64,000 bases of DNA from an uncultured Pseudomonadota bacterium (GCA_963736005.1 CAVTNB010000001.1:864001-928000), one strand, 5' to 3'; shown: positions 19,928-30,090, numbered from the stretch's first letter. Program-made: numbers and translations. Notes: generated by a model from the letters alone, not told the origin.

Positions 19928-20446
19928 CTAAGGCGACCAGCCCTGGAAGCCGCCACACGGACCTGACATCGGGTTTAGGTAGGCGTACGAGTTTGGCCAC
20001 CATGCCGCTTGGTCACCGCTGTAACCGTACAATGACAGGAGATCGGGACCGCTGAGGATACCCTGCACCCCGCTATTCCGCCAAGAAAATAGGCCAGCTT
20101 GACTTCCAATTGATAAACCTGACACTGGATCGTAAAAAAGTGAATACGGATCCGCGCCGCACGCTTGCATGCTTGGAAACAATTGACGGGCGTCCCAATA
20201 TGGTGGGTTTGCAAACCGATTGGGTTGCGGAGTGGTCGATCTGGGCAGCCCAGCATTCATAGGATCGGGTTGCCAGGTATTCGATCTTGGAAACCCGGCA
20301 CTTGTCGGATGCGGGCCCTCTTGCGTAGTAGGTCGCTCTTGGGCTGCCGCCCGCTGTGGGAGCGCTAACACCGACAAACTCAACCCCAGCGCCGCAACCA
20401 TCGCCAGCCACAACCCAGACCTCCGAAGCGCAACATTCACGTCCAT
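19928..20446 (-). CDS. Secreted hypothetical protein
   Basis: GGAGG RBS before ATG 20446; signal peptide ending AAA; internal repeat AGFPRS/AGLPRS. Confidence 0.6.
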   Translation of the reverse strand: MDVNVALRRSGLWLAMVAALGLSLSVLALPQRAAAQERPTTQEGPHPTSAGFPRSNTWQPDPMNAGLPRSTTPQPNRFANPPYWDARQLFPSMQACGADPYSLFYDPVSGLSIGSQAGLFSWRNSGVQGILSGPDLLSLYGYSGDQAAWWPNSYAYLNPMSGPCGGFQGWSP

Positions 20447-20688
20447 AACTAGTTTCCTCCGCTCGAGCCCTGTATCAACTCCCATTATACCACTTTTGGC
20501 GTTTTCACGTGTGTTAATAGCGCGAAGGGGAACGACGCAGTGCAGTTCTTTCATTTTACACCGGAACGGAACGGTAGGTTTCCAACGTGACACCGTCAGC
20601 ACCGGCACCATGAGACTTGCATAAGGTTTGGTCCCATCAAACTCGTGAAATAAGAAAGGTAGGCAAAAGCTACGGAGGATCGCCTGCA

Positions 20689-21135
20689 ATGGACCTTACC
20701 AAGACCTATCCACGCAGCCCGAAGGACAAGATGTTGGGGCTCGTTTCGCTCAAGCGCGCTATCGACAAGGCCAAGGCCTACAACGAGGGGCACTTGGGCG
20801 AATATGATTATGATTGCCCCCACGACAAACCGCTTTTCGAGTTTCTCGGTACCAACGGCGAAGAATTCGCTCGCAAGGTAAAAGAACTCGACTCCGATGA
20901 AAAAATCGGCGAGTGGGCTAAACAATTACTGAAGGATAAGACACCTGACGACATCGAGCGTTTCAACAAATCGCGGTTTGCATGGCACCCAGAACCTGGA
21001 AGCCACAGTTACGAGTATTTTGTAAATCAGCGCGACAAGATCGCCCCCGGTCGCGACGACGTCACAACCTGGTTTGATCTGCTCGATCTCGATGAAAAAC
21101 GTCCGGTGCCAAGAGCCACGGTACTGACGCATTAG
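20689..21135 (+). CDS. DUF5069-like protein
   Basis: GGAGG RBS; MDLTKTYPRSP...RAIDKAKA...LGEYDYDCPHD...TWFDLLDLDE. Confidence 0.82.
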   Translation: MDLTKTYPRSPKDKMLGLVSLKRAIDKAKAYNEGHLGEYDYDCPHDKPLFEFLGTNGEEFARKVKELDSDEKIGEWAKQLLKDKTPDDIERFNKSRFAWHPEPGSHSYEYFVNQRDKIAPGRDDVTTWFDLLDLDEKRPVPRATVLTH

Positions 21136-21136
21136 A

Positions 21137-21167
21137 AGAAAGCCGGTCCGATGACCGGCTTTTCTCT
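21137..21167. terminator. Bidirectional intrinsic terminator
   Basis: AGAAAGCCGGTC-CGAT-GACCGGCTTTTCT between convergent genes. Confidence 0.8.
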
Positions 21168-21196
21168 TTAGTGATTACATCCGCAGATGCCGAGCA

Positions 21197-21601
21197 TCAC
21201 GGGTCGTTGACAGCTAGTCGGTCTGTTATTTCACCAAGCAGTTCAGCCTGATATTGCACAAGTGGATCCGCATTGAGCCAACCGATGACCGTGCGCGCAT
21301 ATCCATAGTCTGTTTCCGCATTTTGTGTTTCGCCAAGCGCCTTCGCAAGGTTCCCAACGGCCACATACTCGCCCGCAAGCATGATCTGACTGTCGTAGAG
21401 GTCGGAACCCGACAGCCCGTTATCGCAAGCAAGCCGGTTGGTAATGGCTGCGTTGAACGTGGTCAAGGCTGCTGAGTTTTCCCCGGCGTCTCGCTGCGAC
21501 TCAGCGGTCTTGTCGGCTGAGTCCGCATCCGAGCACACCGTATCAGCCTTGACAATGGTTGAACTGAGGCAAAGGAGCGCGATGATGATAAGGTATTTCA
21601 T
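21197..21601 (-). CDS. Secreted helical (TPR-like) hypothetical protein
   Basis: MKYLIIIALLCLSSTIVKA signal peptide; GGAAGG upstream. Confidence 0.65.
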   Translation of the reverse strand: MKYLIIIALLCLSSTIVKADTVCSDADSADKTAESQRDAGENSAALTTFNAAITNRLACDNGLSGSDLYDSQIMLAGEYVAVGNLAKALGETQNAETDYGYARTVIGWLNADPLVQYQAELLGEITDRLAVNDP

Positions 21602-21699
21602 GTGAGCCCTTCCAAAGGAATGCCGGTACGCACATATGACGCGGCAAGCCGCACCAGCATAAAGTACCTAGCTCACACTTCACTTGAGTAGGATTCAGA

Positions 21700-22120
21700 T
21701 CACACGGAGCCGCCGCCCAAAGGCTTGCCGATTTCCCAATGGTGTCCGAACGGGTCGACAATGCGTCCCAAGCGCCAACCGTACTCGTTGCTGACCGGCC
21801 AAACGACGGTGGCTCCCGCCATGACGGCCCGTTCGAACGCGGCATCCGGATCGTCCACGGTCATCACCACGCACCGATCCACCGCCAAGGGATTCGGGGC
21901 TGAAATTTGAGTGCTCGGGCGACTCATCTGCAACCCAAAACTCGGCTTCCCCCACGGACAAGCGAGCGACCACGGCTCCGCTCTCATCCTCGATGCGGAA
22001 CACTTCGCCGGCTCCGAACGCCGCTTTATAAAACTCAACTGCCTTCGCCCCGTTTCGAACCGAGAGCATGGGGGCGATACTCGTTTTCTGATCTTTGGTG
22101 CTCGCTGCCACGTCGCTCAC
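21700..22120 (-). pseudogene. VOC/glyoxalase (PhnB-like) gene split by a frameshift near 21870
   Basis: IAPMLSV...FYKAAFGA...SPESLGGGSVR in one frame; VMTVDDPDAAF...YGWRLGRIVDPFGHHWEI in another. Confidence 0.8.
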
Positions 22121-22135
22121 TGGAGGACTTCCTTT

Positions 22136-22576
22136 TTACTTTAGCTTCTGCAAAACATACTGCGCAACATCGTGAAGATCTTGTTGCGACAATTTCCAGC
22201 GCGGCATCATGGGGTTGAGCTTTTGACCTTCGTTGTCGACCCCGGTTGCAATGGCCCGCTCGAGCAGCGGTAGCGTGTACGGGTGCTTCTGCTCGACGAC
22301 GAGAGCCCGATGCCGCAAGTCTGCGCTCACCACAGCGTTGGGTAAGCGCATGCCTCCTGAGCCGTCTGCCCTATGGCATGCCGAACACTTATTGAAGAGC
22401 GGGCGGCTTTGCGCGACAATCTGCACGCCACGCAGATCCTTGCCCGTTTGAAAGATCGCGCGGCCATTGGCAATGGAATCCCAGGGCGTCGCCGCGGCAG
22501 AGGATGTCAGGGTGACTGGTTGCTGCGAGCACCCGACCAAGGCGCATGCTACGGCGATGATTATTTTATTGCGCAT
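22136..22576 (-). CDS. Lipoprotein c-type cytochrome
   Basis: Lipobox LVGC; CSACH heme motif; distal MMPRW; GGAG RBS. Confidence 0.9.
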   Translation of the reverse strand: MRNKIIIAVACALVGCSQQPVTLTSSAAATPWDSIANGRAIFQTGKDLRGVQIVAQSRPLFNKCSACHRADGSGGMRLPNAVVSADLRHRALVVEQKHPYTLPLLERAIATGVDNEGQKLNPMMPRWKLSQQDLHDVAQYVLQKLK

Positions 22577-22626
22577 TTTACTCCACCCGCTGTTGAACGT
22601 CACTATTGACTTTCCCGCTCAGGACT

Positions 22627-22651
22627 GAGGCGATTTTCCAATCGCCTCTAC
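22627..22651 (-). repeat. REP family A variant
   Basis: GTAGAGGCGATTGGAAAATCGCCTC with a compensatory G:C to A:T stem change. Confidence 0.85.
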
Positions 22652-22671
22652 AACGGCGTCAATCGATGACA

Positions 22672-23565
22672 TTATTTCCAGGGATCGCCGGTGCGGCGCA
22701 ACAGCGCCGGAACGTTACCAATGTTCCAGCGCGCAAAATAGGCGGCGGTGTCCAGCTCCTTTGAACGCTGCAGCCGCTCAACGTCTTTCCACTGCAACGG
22801 CATCGATACGGGAGCTTTTTCGCGCGCGCGAACGGTGAATGGCATGACGACGGTTTTCCCTCGGCCCACCTGCGCCCAATCCATGTACACCTTGCCGCGT
22901 CCTCGCTTGGCAATCATGCGCTCGAGTGTCACGAACTTAGGGAGCTCCGCCTGCACCGCTAGCGCAATTTCATTGGTCAGCTTGCGGCCCCGCTCATAGC
23001 TCAGGCCACGCGTCCACACAAAAATGTGCAGCCCCGATCCGCCAGTCGATTTTACCATCGGGCGCAGACCTTTCGCGTGCAGCGCTGCTGCAACCGTGAC
23101 TGCCACGGTCGCGAGCGTACCAAGGGTGCACCCGTCGCCGCGGTCGAGGTCGAACAGGACAAAATCCGGTTGATCGAGAGACCCGGTCCGCGACATCCAC
23201 ACATGCAACGCGATGGAGGCGAGATTGGCAACATACGCGAGCGTCGCTTCATCGTTGCAGAGAATGTAGCGGACTTGCTCTCGCTTGCCGCTACTCTTCA
23301 GCGCGACGGTTTTCACCCATGGCGGCAAGCTGGCGGGCGCATTTTTTTCAAAGAATCCCGGCTTGCGGATGCCATTTGGATAGCGCTCCAAGCTCAAAGG
23401 CCGGTCTTTCAAATACGGAAGAATCCATTTGGCGACCCCTCGGTAATAATCGATGAGGTCACCTTTGGTGTAGCCATCTGCAGGCCACAACACTTTGTCC
23501 GGATTGGAAAGCGAAACGGCGTTGCCGCTGATGCGAATACTGGTCGAGACGGACGCTGGCGACAT
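22672..23565 (-). CDS. ligD: Stand-alone LigD-type primase-polymerase domain
   Basis: SNPDKVLWP...TKGDL, RYPNG...FFEKN, FDLD, KSTGGSGLH, PFTVRAR...PVSMPL. No ligase domain. Confidence 0.88.
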   Translation of the reverse strand: MSPASVSTSIRISGNAVSLSNPDKVLWPADGYTKGDLIDYYRGVAKWILPYLKDRPLSLERYPNGIRKPGFFEKNAPASLPPWVKTVALKSSGKREQVRYILCNDEATLAYVANLASIALHVWMSRTGSLDQPDFVLFDLDRGDGCTLGTLATVAVTVAAALHAKGLRPMVKSTGGSGLHIFVWTRGLSYERGRKLTNEIALAVQAELPKFVTLERMIAKRGRGKVYMDWAQVGRGKTVVMPFTVRAREKAPVSMPLQWKDVERLQRSKELDTAAYFARWNIGNVPALLRRTGDPWK

Positions 23566-23572
23566 GAGGCTT

Positions 23573-24328
23573 CTACGGTTCTTGCAGCATAGTTTGTTGA
23601 GCTTGTTCGAGCGGCAACAAATTCACGCGAATGAGCCCGGCTTGCGGGCTGTCCAAATCAATGATCGCATATGTGAGTGCCACCAGCAACAAACAGAACG
23701 TAACAGAAACAAGCCAGTGGTGAGACTGGCTATGTCCAAACCCAAGCCCAATCATAAACGCCGCAACGCCACGCAGGCGGAAGCCCAATGCAGCTCGCTG
23801 ATCTGCGCCGACGTCGAACATCGCGTTCACGGACTGCGTAATCAGCGAGGTTGCCGGTACTGGACGGCTCGAGAGTTCGCTCGCGGTTATGGACCAGATC
23901 TGCTGTTCCAAGGTGCGGACCTTTTGGTAGTCGAGCTGCTCAAGCGCTGGATCACTCCCATAGCGATAGTAGTCTATCTTCGTTGCGATATATGCCCGCA
24001 TGGCCGACCGAGCTGCTCCGCGGTCTTTCGGCTGGAGTTCTCCCATCCGCAGATAGGTCGTGGAAATCGCATCGGCTTCCGCGACGACAAGATGCCAACG
24101 CTCTTCATAGCGATTGACGGCAAAGGAAAACGAGAAACTCAAAATGAGGCCCACGATGACAAAGATGGAAGCAAGCGCAGTGTTGAGCGCGGCAGCTTGC
24201 AGATCGTTCTTGGGTGGCCCGAGGCGTTTGCCAATAACAAAGCCCAGGCCCGTGAAGCCGAGGGTAATGAGAAAGGCAATAACGAGAAAGGCGTACGGTC
24301 CTAAGCTGAACGCAAAATCGCCGCTCAA
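23573..24328 (-). CDS. DUF4239/bestrophin-like membrane protein
   Basis: GLILSFSFS...RYEERW...EADAISTTYLR; IIDLDSP..GLIRV. TTG start. Confidence 0.75.
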   Translation of the reverse strand: MSGDFAFSLGPYAFLVIAFLITLGFTGLGFVIGKRLGPPKNDLQAAALNTALASIFVIVGLILSFSFSFAVNRYEERWHLVVAEADAISTTYLRMGELQPKDRGAARSAMRAYIATKIDYYRYGSDPALEQLDYQKVRTLEQQIWSITASELSSRPVPATSLITQSVNAMFDVGADQRAALGFRLRGVAAFMIGLGFGHSQSHHWLVSVTFCLLLVALTYAIIDLDSPQAGLIRVNLLPLEQAQQTMLQEP

Positions 24329-24338
24329 AATGTTTGTC

Positions 24339-25322
24339 CTACACGTTCACGCTGCTCATATCAGCATAGCGGGGTCCCTGGAACGCACCCGCGCCGGCAA
24401 CTTTGCCGATCCGATCTAGGTCACCCGCAGAGAGTGTGACGTCCACCGCGGCGCAATTCTCCTCGAGCCGATTGCGGTGACGAGTGCCTGGGATAGGCAC
24501 GATATCGTCGCCTTGGTAGAGCAACCACGCCAGCGCGAGCTGGGCCGGTGTGATGCCCTTGTCTCGCGCGATGGCGCTCAGTTCGTTGACGATCTTGAGA
24601 TTGGCGGTCAAGTTCTCGCTGGCAAAACGTGGATGGCGCGTGCGGCGACTGTCGTCTTGCGCCAAGTCTTGCGGTCCTGCAATTGCTGCCGTGAGCAGCC
24701 CACGCCCCAAGGGGCTATAGGCCACGAATCCGACCCCAAGCTCGCGGCATGTGGGAAGTATTTCGCTCTCAACGAAGCGCGCAAAGAGAGAGTACTCGGT
24801 TTGGAGCGCCGTGATTGGATGCACCGAATGTGCGCGGCGCAGCGTACTTGCGGATGCCTCGCTCAACCCGATATAGTGAACCTTGCCTGCTTTGACTAGC
24901 TCGCTCATTGCCCCGACCGTTTCTTCAATGGGCACCGTTTTGTCCACGCGATGCTGGTAGTACAGATCGATGTGGCTCACTCCCAAGCGCTGCAAGGATG
25001 CCTCACACGCCTTGCGGACATAGTCGGGTTTGCCGTTGATCCCAATCCACTGTCCGTCTTCGCTTCGCTCGTTGCCAAATTTTGTGGCGAGAAAGACCTG
25101 ATCGCGTCTGTCCGCGATCGCGCGGCCCACCAGGCGCTCGTTCGTGAAGGGACCGTACATGTCGGCGGTGTCAAGAAAGTTGCAGCCCAGTTCGAGCGCT
25201 CGATGAATAGTTGCGATGGATTCCGCGTCGTCGCTCGGGCCGTAGAACTCTGACATCCCCATACAACCGAGGCCGATGCTTGAGACGACCGGACCCTTCG
25301 CGCCGAGCCTTCGTTGTTTCAT
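24339..25322 (-). CDS. Aldo/keto reductase
   Basis: [35 protein letters not shown]. Confidence 0.95.
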   Translation of the reverse strand: MKQRRLGAKGPVVSSIGLGCMGMSEFYGPSDDAESIATIHRALELGCNFLDTADMYGPFTNERLVGRAIADRRDQVFLATKFGNERSEDGQWIGINGKPDYVRKACEASLQRLGVSHIDLYYQHRVDKTVPIEETVGAMSELVKAGKVHYIGLSEASASTLRRAHSVHPITALQTEYSLFARFVESEILPTCRELGVGFVAYSPLGRGLLTAAIAGPQDLAQDDSRRTRHPRFASENLTANLKIVNELSAIARDKGITPAQLALAWLLYQGDDIVPIPGTRHRNRLEENCAAVDVTLSAGDLDRIGKVAGAGAFQGPRYADMSSVNV

Positions 25323-25380
25323 AAGGTACCCCGATATTGGAGCGGGCGATTCTTCAATGCCCGCTCCGTGCGGATTGCGT

Positions 25381-25890
25381 TTAGGATTGAGCTGCGGGCT
25401 TTTGTACCGGTCGACGCGCGACAATATTGAGCAGCGCCAAGATGGCGGCCGCTGCTAGCGCTAACCAGGGCGCATTTGACGGCCAAGCCGAACTGATGCC
25501 AAGTAGCGCATCCAACGAAAAAACTCCTGGCCCAGCAAACGCGAGCACAAGGGCTCCGCTAATGTAGGTCAACGGCAACTCCGCTCCGTTTTTGCTGGTC
25601 AGAAAGCCGTGTCCGAGATGGACCGTGACGATCGCAACGAGCATGACCATCACCACGAGCGCGGGACCGATGGGGCCCCCCAAGCCAAGCGCGGTGAGTA
25701 CGCCGCCGCCGAACTCCCCGAGCCCCGCACCGAGGGCAAAGAGAGCGCCGGGTCGGAAACCTAGACCCTCCATGAACCCACCCGTTCCTTTGATTCCATA
25801 TCCGCCGTACCAACCGAAGAGCTTCTGGGCGCCGTGCACGGCCATGCCCAAACCCAGGATAATTCTTGCGATGAGGAGCGCGATTTCCAT
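25381..25890 (-). CDS. DoxX-family membrane protein
   Basis: RIILG...HGAQKLFGW...GEFGGG...GPGVFSLD. Confidence 0.92.
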   Translation of the reverse strand: MEIALLIARIILGLGMAVHGAQKLFGWYGGYGIKGTGGFMEGLGFRPGALFALGAGLGEFGGGVLTALGLGGPIGPALVVMVMLVAIVTVHLGHGFLTSKNGAELPLTYISGALVLAFAGPGVFSLDALLGISSAWPSNAPWLALAAAAILALLNIVARRPVQKPAAQS

Positions 25891-25919
25891 ACCTATAACC
25901 CCTTATATGCGTCTTTGAT

Positions 25920-25950
25920 TACTTAGTGATAGTTACTTATGTTTAGTAAC
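25920..25950. promoter_or_regulatory. Putative HxlR/YodB-type operator
   Basis: GTTACT-N7-AGTAAC (25932-25950) and overlapping TACT-N7-AGTT (25920-25934) between divergent doxX and hxlR-family genes. Confidence 0.65.
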
Positions 25951-26001
25951 CTATGGAGGAAAGGTTAGCACTAACCCGAAGGGGCTGTCAAGAGGTCTCT
26001 T

Positions 26002-26370
26002 GTGCCGCATACCCGAGAACGAGCCGCCTTAAGCGGTTTTTGCCCGCGCTTCCACACCGCCGCCGAGCTCATCGGGCGGCGCTGGACGAGTGCGATTATT
26101 CGCGCGCTCATGGCGGGACGAAGCAGATTTAGCGAGATTGCGGCCGAGGTTCCCGGGGTCTCCGACCGGTTGCTGTGCGAACGTCTACGCGAGCTCGAAG
26201 AAACGCGAATCGTCAAGCGATTGGTCGACCCAGGACCGCCGATTCGCGTCGACTACGTGCTGACGAAGTCCGGGACGGAGTTAGACTCGACGATCCGAGC
26301 GCTAGCCGAATGGGCCGAGCGCTGGATGCCGCTGCCGGAGCACAATGGCGCGCGGCGCAAGCGGAGGTGA
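26002..26370 (+). CDS. HxlR/DUF24-family regulator with N-terminal Cys
   Basis: FCPRF...IGRRW...RFSEI...LCERLRELE...VDYVLT. Confidence 0.92.
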   Translation: MPHTRERAALSGFCPRFHTAAELIGRRWTSAIIRALMAGRSRFSEIAAEVPGVSDRLLCERLRELEETRIVKRLVDPGPPIRVDYVLTKSGTELDSTIRALAEWAERWMPLPEHNGARRKRR

Positions 26371-26399
26371 GCAGGGAACCGTTAGCATAGGACCACCTC

Positions 26400-27080
26400 A
26401 TGTTTTTTAGTACCCAATACTTGCTCTTCGCGATTCCCGGCCTGCTTCTGGCCCTGTGGGCTCAGGCGCTGGTCCGCGGCACGTTTGCGCGCTTCGCGCG
26501 AGTGCCCACATCTACAGGGATCACGGGCGCACAGGTAGCCCAACTCTTGATGGAGCGCACCGGTTTGCGCCTGGCAGTCAACAACATCCCGGGTATGCTG
26601 ACTGATTTCTACAACCCCACCAACAAATCGATCAACCTCTCGCAGAGTTCGGTTCAGAATTCGGTCGCGTCAGTTGCCGTCGTTGCGCACGAGATCGGCC
26701 ACGCAGTTCAGGATGCGCAGGGATACGTGCCCATGCGCTTGCGGGGTGCCATGGTGCCCGCGGTGAAACTGGGGTCGTGGGTCGGGCCGTTGCTCTTCAT
26801 CGTCGGCTTCATGTTGGCGAATCTGAATCTCGTGTGGGCCGGCATTATTTTCTTCGGTGCCTCAGTCGTCTTTGCAATCCTCACGCTTCCTGTGGAGCTC
26901 AATGCGAGCAGCCGCGCGATGCAGCTGCTAACGACAACTGGCGTCCTCGCGAATTCACAAGAGGTGGATGGCGCTCGCAAAGTGCTCAACGCCGCGGCAT
27001 TCACCTACGTGGCAGCCGCGGCACAATCGCTGCTCACCCTCCTGTACTACGTCAGTCTCGTCAGCGGTCGGCGCCGATAA
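26400..27080 (+). CDS. Membrane zinc metallopeptidase (YugP-like)
   Basis: LTDFYNP, AHEIGHAVQ, LPVELNASSRA, AAAFTYVA. Confidence 0.92.
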   Translation: MFFSTQYLLFAIPGLLLALWAQALVRGTFARFARVPTSTGITGAQVAQLLMERTGLRLAVNNIPGMLTDFYNPTNKSINLSQSSVQNSVASVAVVAHEIGHAVQDAQGYVPMRLRGAMVPAVKLGSWVGPLLFIVGFMLANLNLVWAGIIFFGASVVFAILTLPVELNASSRAMQLLTTTGVLANSQEVDGARKVLNAAAFTYVAAAAQSLLTLLYYVSLVSGRRR

Positions 27081-27093
27081 ACTGACGTTCTTT

Positions 27094-27119
27094 GGGGCGA
27101 TTTTCCAATCGCCCCCTAC
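27094..27119 (-). repeat. REP family A
   Basis: Exact reverse complement of 5471-5496. Confidence 0.93.
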
Positions 27120-27131
27120 AAAGGAGAGACC

Positions 27132-27674
27132 ATGCTTGCGCAATTAAAGCAAAACTGGTGGATACTTGCATTGCGCGGCGTACTGGCTGTTTTATTTGCC
27201 ATCCTCGCCTTCTTATGGCCAGTCGCCACTGCATTCGCATTCGTCTTCATTCTCGCTGCTTTCGCGTTCGTCGAAGGCATCTTTGCCCTTGCTGGTGCAT
27301 TCGGGTGGGGGCTGCCCGCCGGACAACGGCTCGTTCTCGTCCTCATAGGAGTGCTGGGACTTGCGGTTGGCATCCTCGCCGTGCTGTATCCGGGCATCAC
27401 TGCGGTAACACTCGTTTTCTTCGTGGCATGGTGGGCAATCGTCACGGGCATCCTTCAGCTAGTCGTGGCTGTCGAAATGCGCAAGTCAATCCCCAATGAT
27501 TGGCTGCTCGTTTTGAGTGGTCTCATCTCAGTAGCATTTGGCGTGCTGCTCATTTGGCGACCGCTGGCAGGCGTGCTTACCCTGGCGTATCTCTTCGGCT
27601 TTTACGCGTTGATTTATGGCTTCATGCTGCTGGGCCTGAGCTTCCGAGTCAAGCGATTGGGTGAAGCGCTCTAA
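27132..27674 (+). CDS. HdeD/DUF308-family membrane protein
   Basis: NWWILALRGVLA repeated TM-hairpin pattern; AAAGGAG RBS. Confidence 0.9.
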   Translation: MLAQLKQNWWILALRGVLAVLFAILAFLWPVATAFAFVFILAAFAFVEGIFALAGAFGWGLPAGQRLVLVLIGVLGLAVGILAVLYPGITAVTLVFFVAWWAIVTGILQLVVAVEMRKSIPNDWLLVLSGLISVAFGVLLIWRPLAGVLTLAYLFGFYALIYGFMLLGLSFRVKRLGEAL

Positions 27675-27684
27675 AAGGATTTCG

Positions 27685-27742
27685 GTCGGGAATAAATTGT
27701 TCTCACCGTGACCTACAAGCGAGCCTAAAGGTCCGCTGCTAC
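27685..27742 (-). repeat. REP family C (27718-27742) plus a disrupted REP-like element (27685-27716)
   Basis: GTAGCAGCGGACCTTTAGGCTCGCT; adjacent GTAG-GTC[...]AA-TTTA-TTCCCGAC. Confidence 0.7.
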
Positions 27743-27764
27743 ATGGCGGCAGAACTGGACACTC

Positions 27765-28907
27765 GTGAGGTCTGCCCTCGAACCAACGCTGCAACGGGAG
27801 TTCTATTTCTCACCTGAGATCTTCGCGCGCGAGCGCGAGCACATCTTTTACGGCGAGTGGTTTTACGCGGGCCGCGAGGAACAGCTGCCTAATCCCGGCG
27901 ATTACCTTGTCCTTGACGTCGCCGGTGAGGAAGTGCTTGTCGTCCGCGCAAAAGATGGCGGCCTGCAGGCGCACTACAACGTGTGCCGACACCGTGGTTG
28001 CAGGCTTGTGCTCCAGGCCGGCGACGCGGAGGAGGCTGGGCCGCACGGCAATTTTGCAGGCGCGATTCGTTGCCCGTACCATTCGTGGACGTACACGCTC
28101 GAAGGCGCCCTGCGCACCGCCCCATATCTTCACGAAGGCGACCACTTTCACAAAGAAGAGTTCTCGCTGCACGAAGTTGGACTCCAAAGTTGGGGCGGCT
28201 TCTTCTTCCTCAATCTCCTGCCGCAAGAGGCACGGGCTCGAAAGCACTCGCTGCCGGTACAGCTCGGATCGATTCCCGAGCGACTGGTGCGCTACCCGTT
28301 GGCCGATTTGCGCATCGCGCGACGGATTATCTATGACGTGTCCGCAAACTGGAAAGTTCTCTTGGAGAACTACAACGAGTGCTATCATTGCGGTGGCGTG
28401 CATCCCGAGCTGTGTGAGATCGTGCCCGCTTTCAAGAAAAACGGCGGCGGCGACTTGGATTGGGAGCGAGGGATTCCTCACAAAGACGGCGCTTTCACGT
28501 TTACGCTGAGCGGCAAAACCAACCGCGCACCATTCCCAGGGCTCGACGAGGACGAGAAGACTCGGCATAAAGGTGAACTCATCTATCCGAACTTCATGCT
28601 CAGTCTCGCCGCCGACCACGTGGCCGCATTTTCTCTGTGGCCGCGCTCGCCCGAACAGACCACGATCGTCTGCGATTTTTTGTTCCATCCCGCCGAGATG
28701 GGCAAGCCGGATTTCGATCCCTCGGACGCAATCGATTTCTGGGACTTGGTCAATCGTCAAGACTGGCGCATCTGCGAGGGCGTACAGCAAGGCATGCGGT
28801 CGAGGAAGTTCCGATCTGGCTTCTACGCGCCGATGGAAAGCCTGAGCCTCGACATACGGCGTTACGTTCGCGAGCGTTTGGGCACGCTCGACCCGCAGCA
28901 GCTCTGA
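27765..28907 (+). CDS. Rieske non-heme iron oxygenase alpha subunit (GbcA/choline monooxygenase-like)
   Basis: CRHRG...CPYHSW Rieske motif; ENYNECYHCGGVHP iron site; QDWRICE. Confidence 0.92.
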   Translation: MRSALEPTLQREFYFSPEIFAREREHIFYGEWFYAGREEQLPNPGDYLVLDVAGEEVLVVRAKDGGLQAHYNVCRHRGCRLVLQAGDAEEAGPHGNFAGAIRCPYHSWTYTLEGALRTAPYLHEGDHFHKEEFSLHEVGLQSWGGFFFLNLLPQEARARKHSLPVQLGSIPERLVRYPLADLRIARRIIYDVSANWKVLLENYNECYHCGGVHPELCEIVPAFKKNGGGDLDWERGIPHKDGAFTFTLSGKTNRAPFPGLDEDEKTRHKGELIYPNFMLSLAADHVAAFSLWPRSPEQTTIVCDFLFHPAEMGKPDFDPSDAIDFWDLVNRQDWRICEGVQQGMRSRKFRSGFYAPMESLSLDIRRYVRERLGTLDPQQL

Positions 28908-28917
28908 GGCCAAACGT

Positions 28918-30084
28918 TTGCGAACGGATTTCGAGTACGTTGTCTTGGGGTTGGGCGGCATTGGCAGCGCTGCTGCCTATTGGCTTTCGAGGCGCGCGGG
29001 CGAGGACGTGCTGGGCTTGGAACAATTCGAACTGGGTCACGTGCGCGGAGAATCGCAGGATCATTCGCGCATTATTCGACTGTCCTATCATCGGCCCGAC
29101 TACGTCGAACTTGCCAAGCGAGCCTACCTGGCATGGGCGCAAGTCGAGGCCGATTCAGGCGAGCAGCTGATCCTTCGGACCGGAGGCCTCGATCTCGGTC
29201 CGCGCGAGAGTGCGATTCCCCTTGAGACATACATGGCGAGCATGGACTCATGCGACGTGCCCTACGAGCACCTTGATGCGGCAGAAATCATGCGCCGTTG
29301 GCCACCCTTTCGACTCGGTGATGAGATTCATGCCGTGTATCAAGCGCAGGGCGGTATCGCGATGGCTGCACGCGCGAATGCTACGCATCAGAAGATGGCA
29401 CGCCAGCATGGTGCGACCTTGCGCGAGCGAGCCGGAGTAACGTACGTGCGATGGGTGGACGGTGAGTTTGAGGTGCTGTCCGGTGAAACACCATATCGCT
29501 GCCGCAAGCTTGTCATTGCGGCGGGCCCGTGGTCGAATGAAGCGCTCTCGCATTTCGATCTGCGCTTGCCGCTTGAAGTAACCAAAGAACAAGTTACGTA
29601 TTTCGCGCCGCCGGATTTGGCACCGTTTGATCCACGGCGGTTTCCGGTTTGGATTTGGATGGACGACCCGAGTTTTTACGGCTTTCCCGTGTTTGGCGAG
29701 CCCGGAATCAAGGTCGCACAGGATGCCGGTGGCAAGCCAGTGGATCCGGACACGCGCACGTTTGAGCAAGACGACGAGAACTTTCAGCGGGTCCGTGCAT
29801 TCTTGGAGCGATACCTTCCCTCGGCGCTCGGCAAGATCGTTTATACAAAGACGTGCCTGTACACGTTGCCGCCGGATCGCGATTTCATCATCGACTCGCT
29901 TGCGACCTATCCTCAAGCGGCGATTGCGATTGGCGCCGGCCACGCGTTTAAATTCGCTTCGGTCATCGGCAAGATTCTGTCGGAGCTTGCAGTCGACGGC
30001 AAGACCGATGCGGATATTTCCGGCTTCACTCTGACTCGTCCGATACTCCGCGAGGCCAATCCGTCAAAGACGTATATGGTATGA
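28918..30084 (+). CDS. solA: N-methyl-L-tryptophan oxidase/monomeric sarcosine oxidase family flavoprotein
   Basis: GLGGIG, HSRIIR, TCLYT (flavinylation Cys), GHAFKFA. TTG start. Confidence 0.88.
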   Translation: MRTDFEYVVLGLGGIGSAAAYWLSRRAGEDVLGLEQFELGHVRGESQDHSRIIRLSYHRPDYVELAKRAYLAWAQVEADSGEQLILRTGGLDLGPRESAIPLETYMASMDSCDVPYEHLDAAEIMRRWPPFRLGDEIHAVYQAQGGIAMAARANATHQKMARQHGATLRERAGVTYVRWVDGEFEVLSGETPYRCRKLVIAAGPWSNEALSHFDLRLPLEVTKEQVTYFAPPDLAPFDPRRFPVWIWMDDPSFYGFPVFGEPGIKVAQDAGGKPVDPDTRTFEQDDENFQRVRAFLERYLPSALGKIVYTKTCLYTLPPDRDFIIDSLATYPQAAIAIGAGHAFKFASVIGKILSELAVDGKTDADISGFTLTRPILREANPSKTYMV

Positions 30085-30090
30085 CGGGCC

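Noticed and set aside
27810..28961. 383-aa minus-strand ORF
   Set aside because: Antisense shadow of the Rieske gene with no motifs. The same applies to 16399-17256, 23495-24304, 32355-33239 and 51109-52074.
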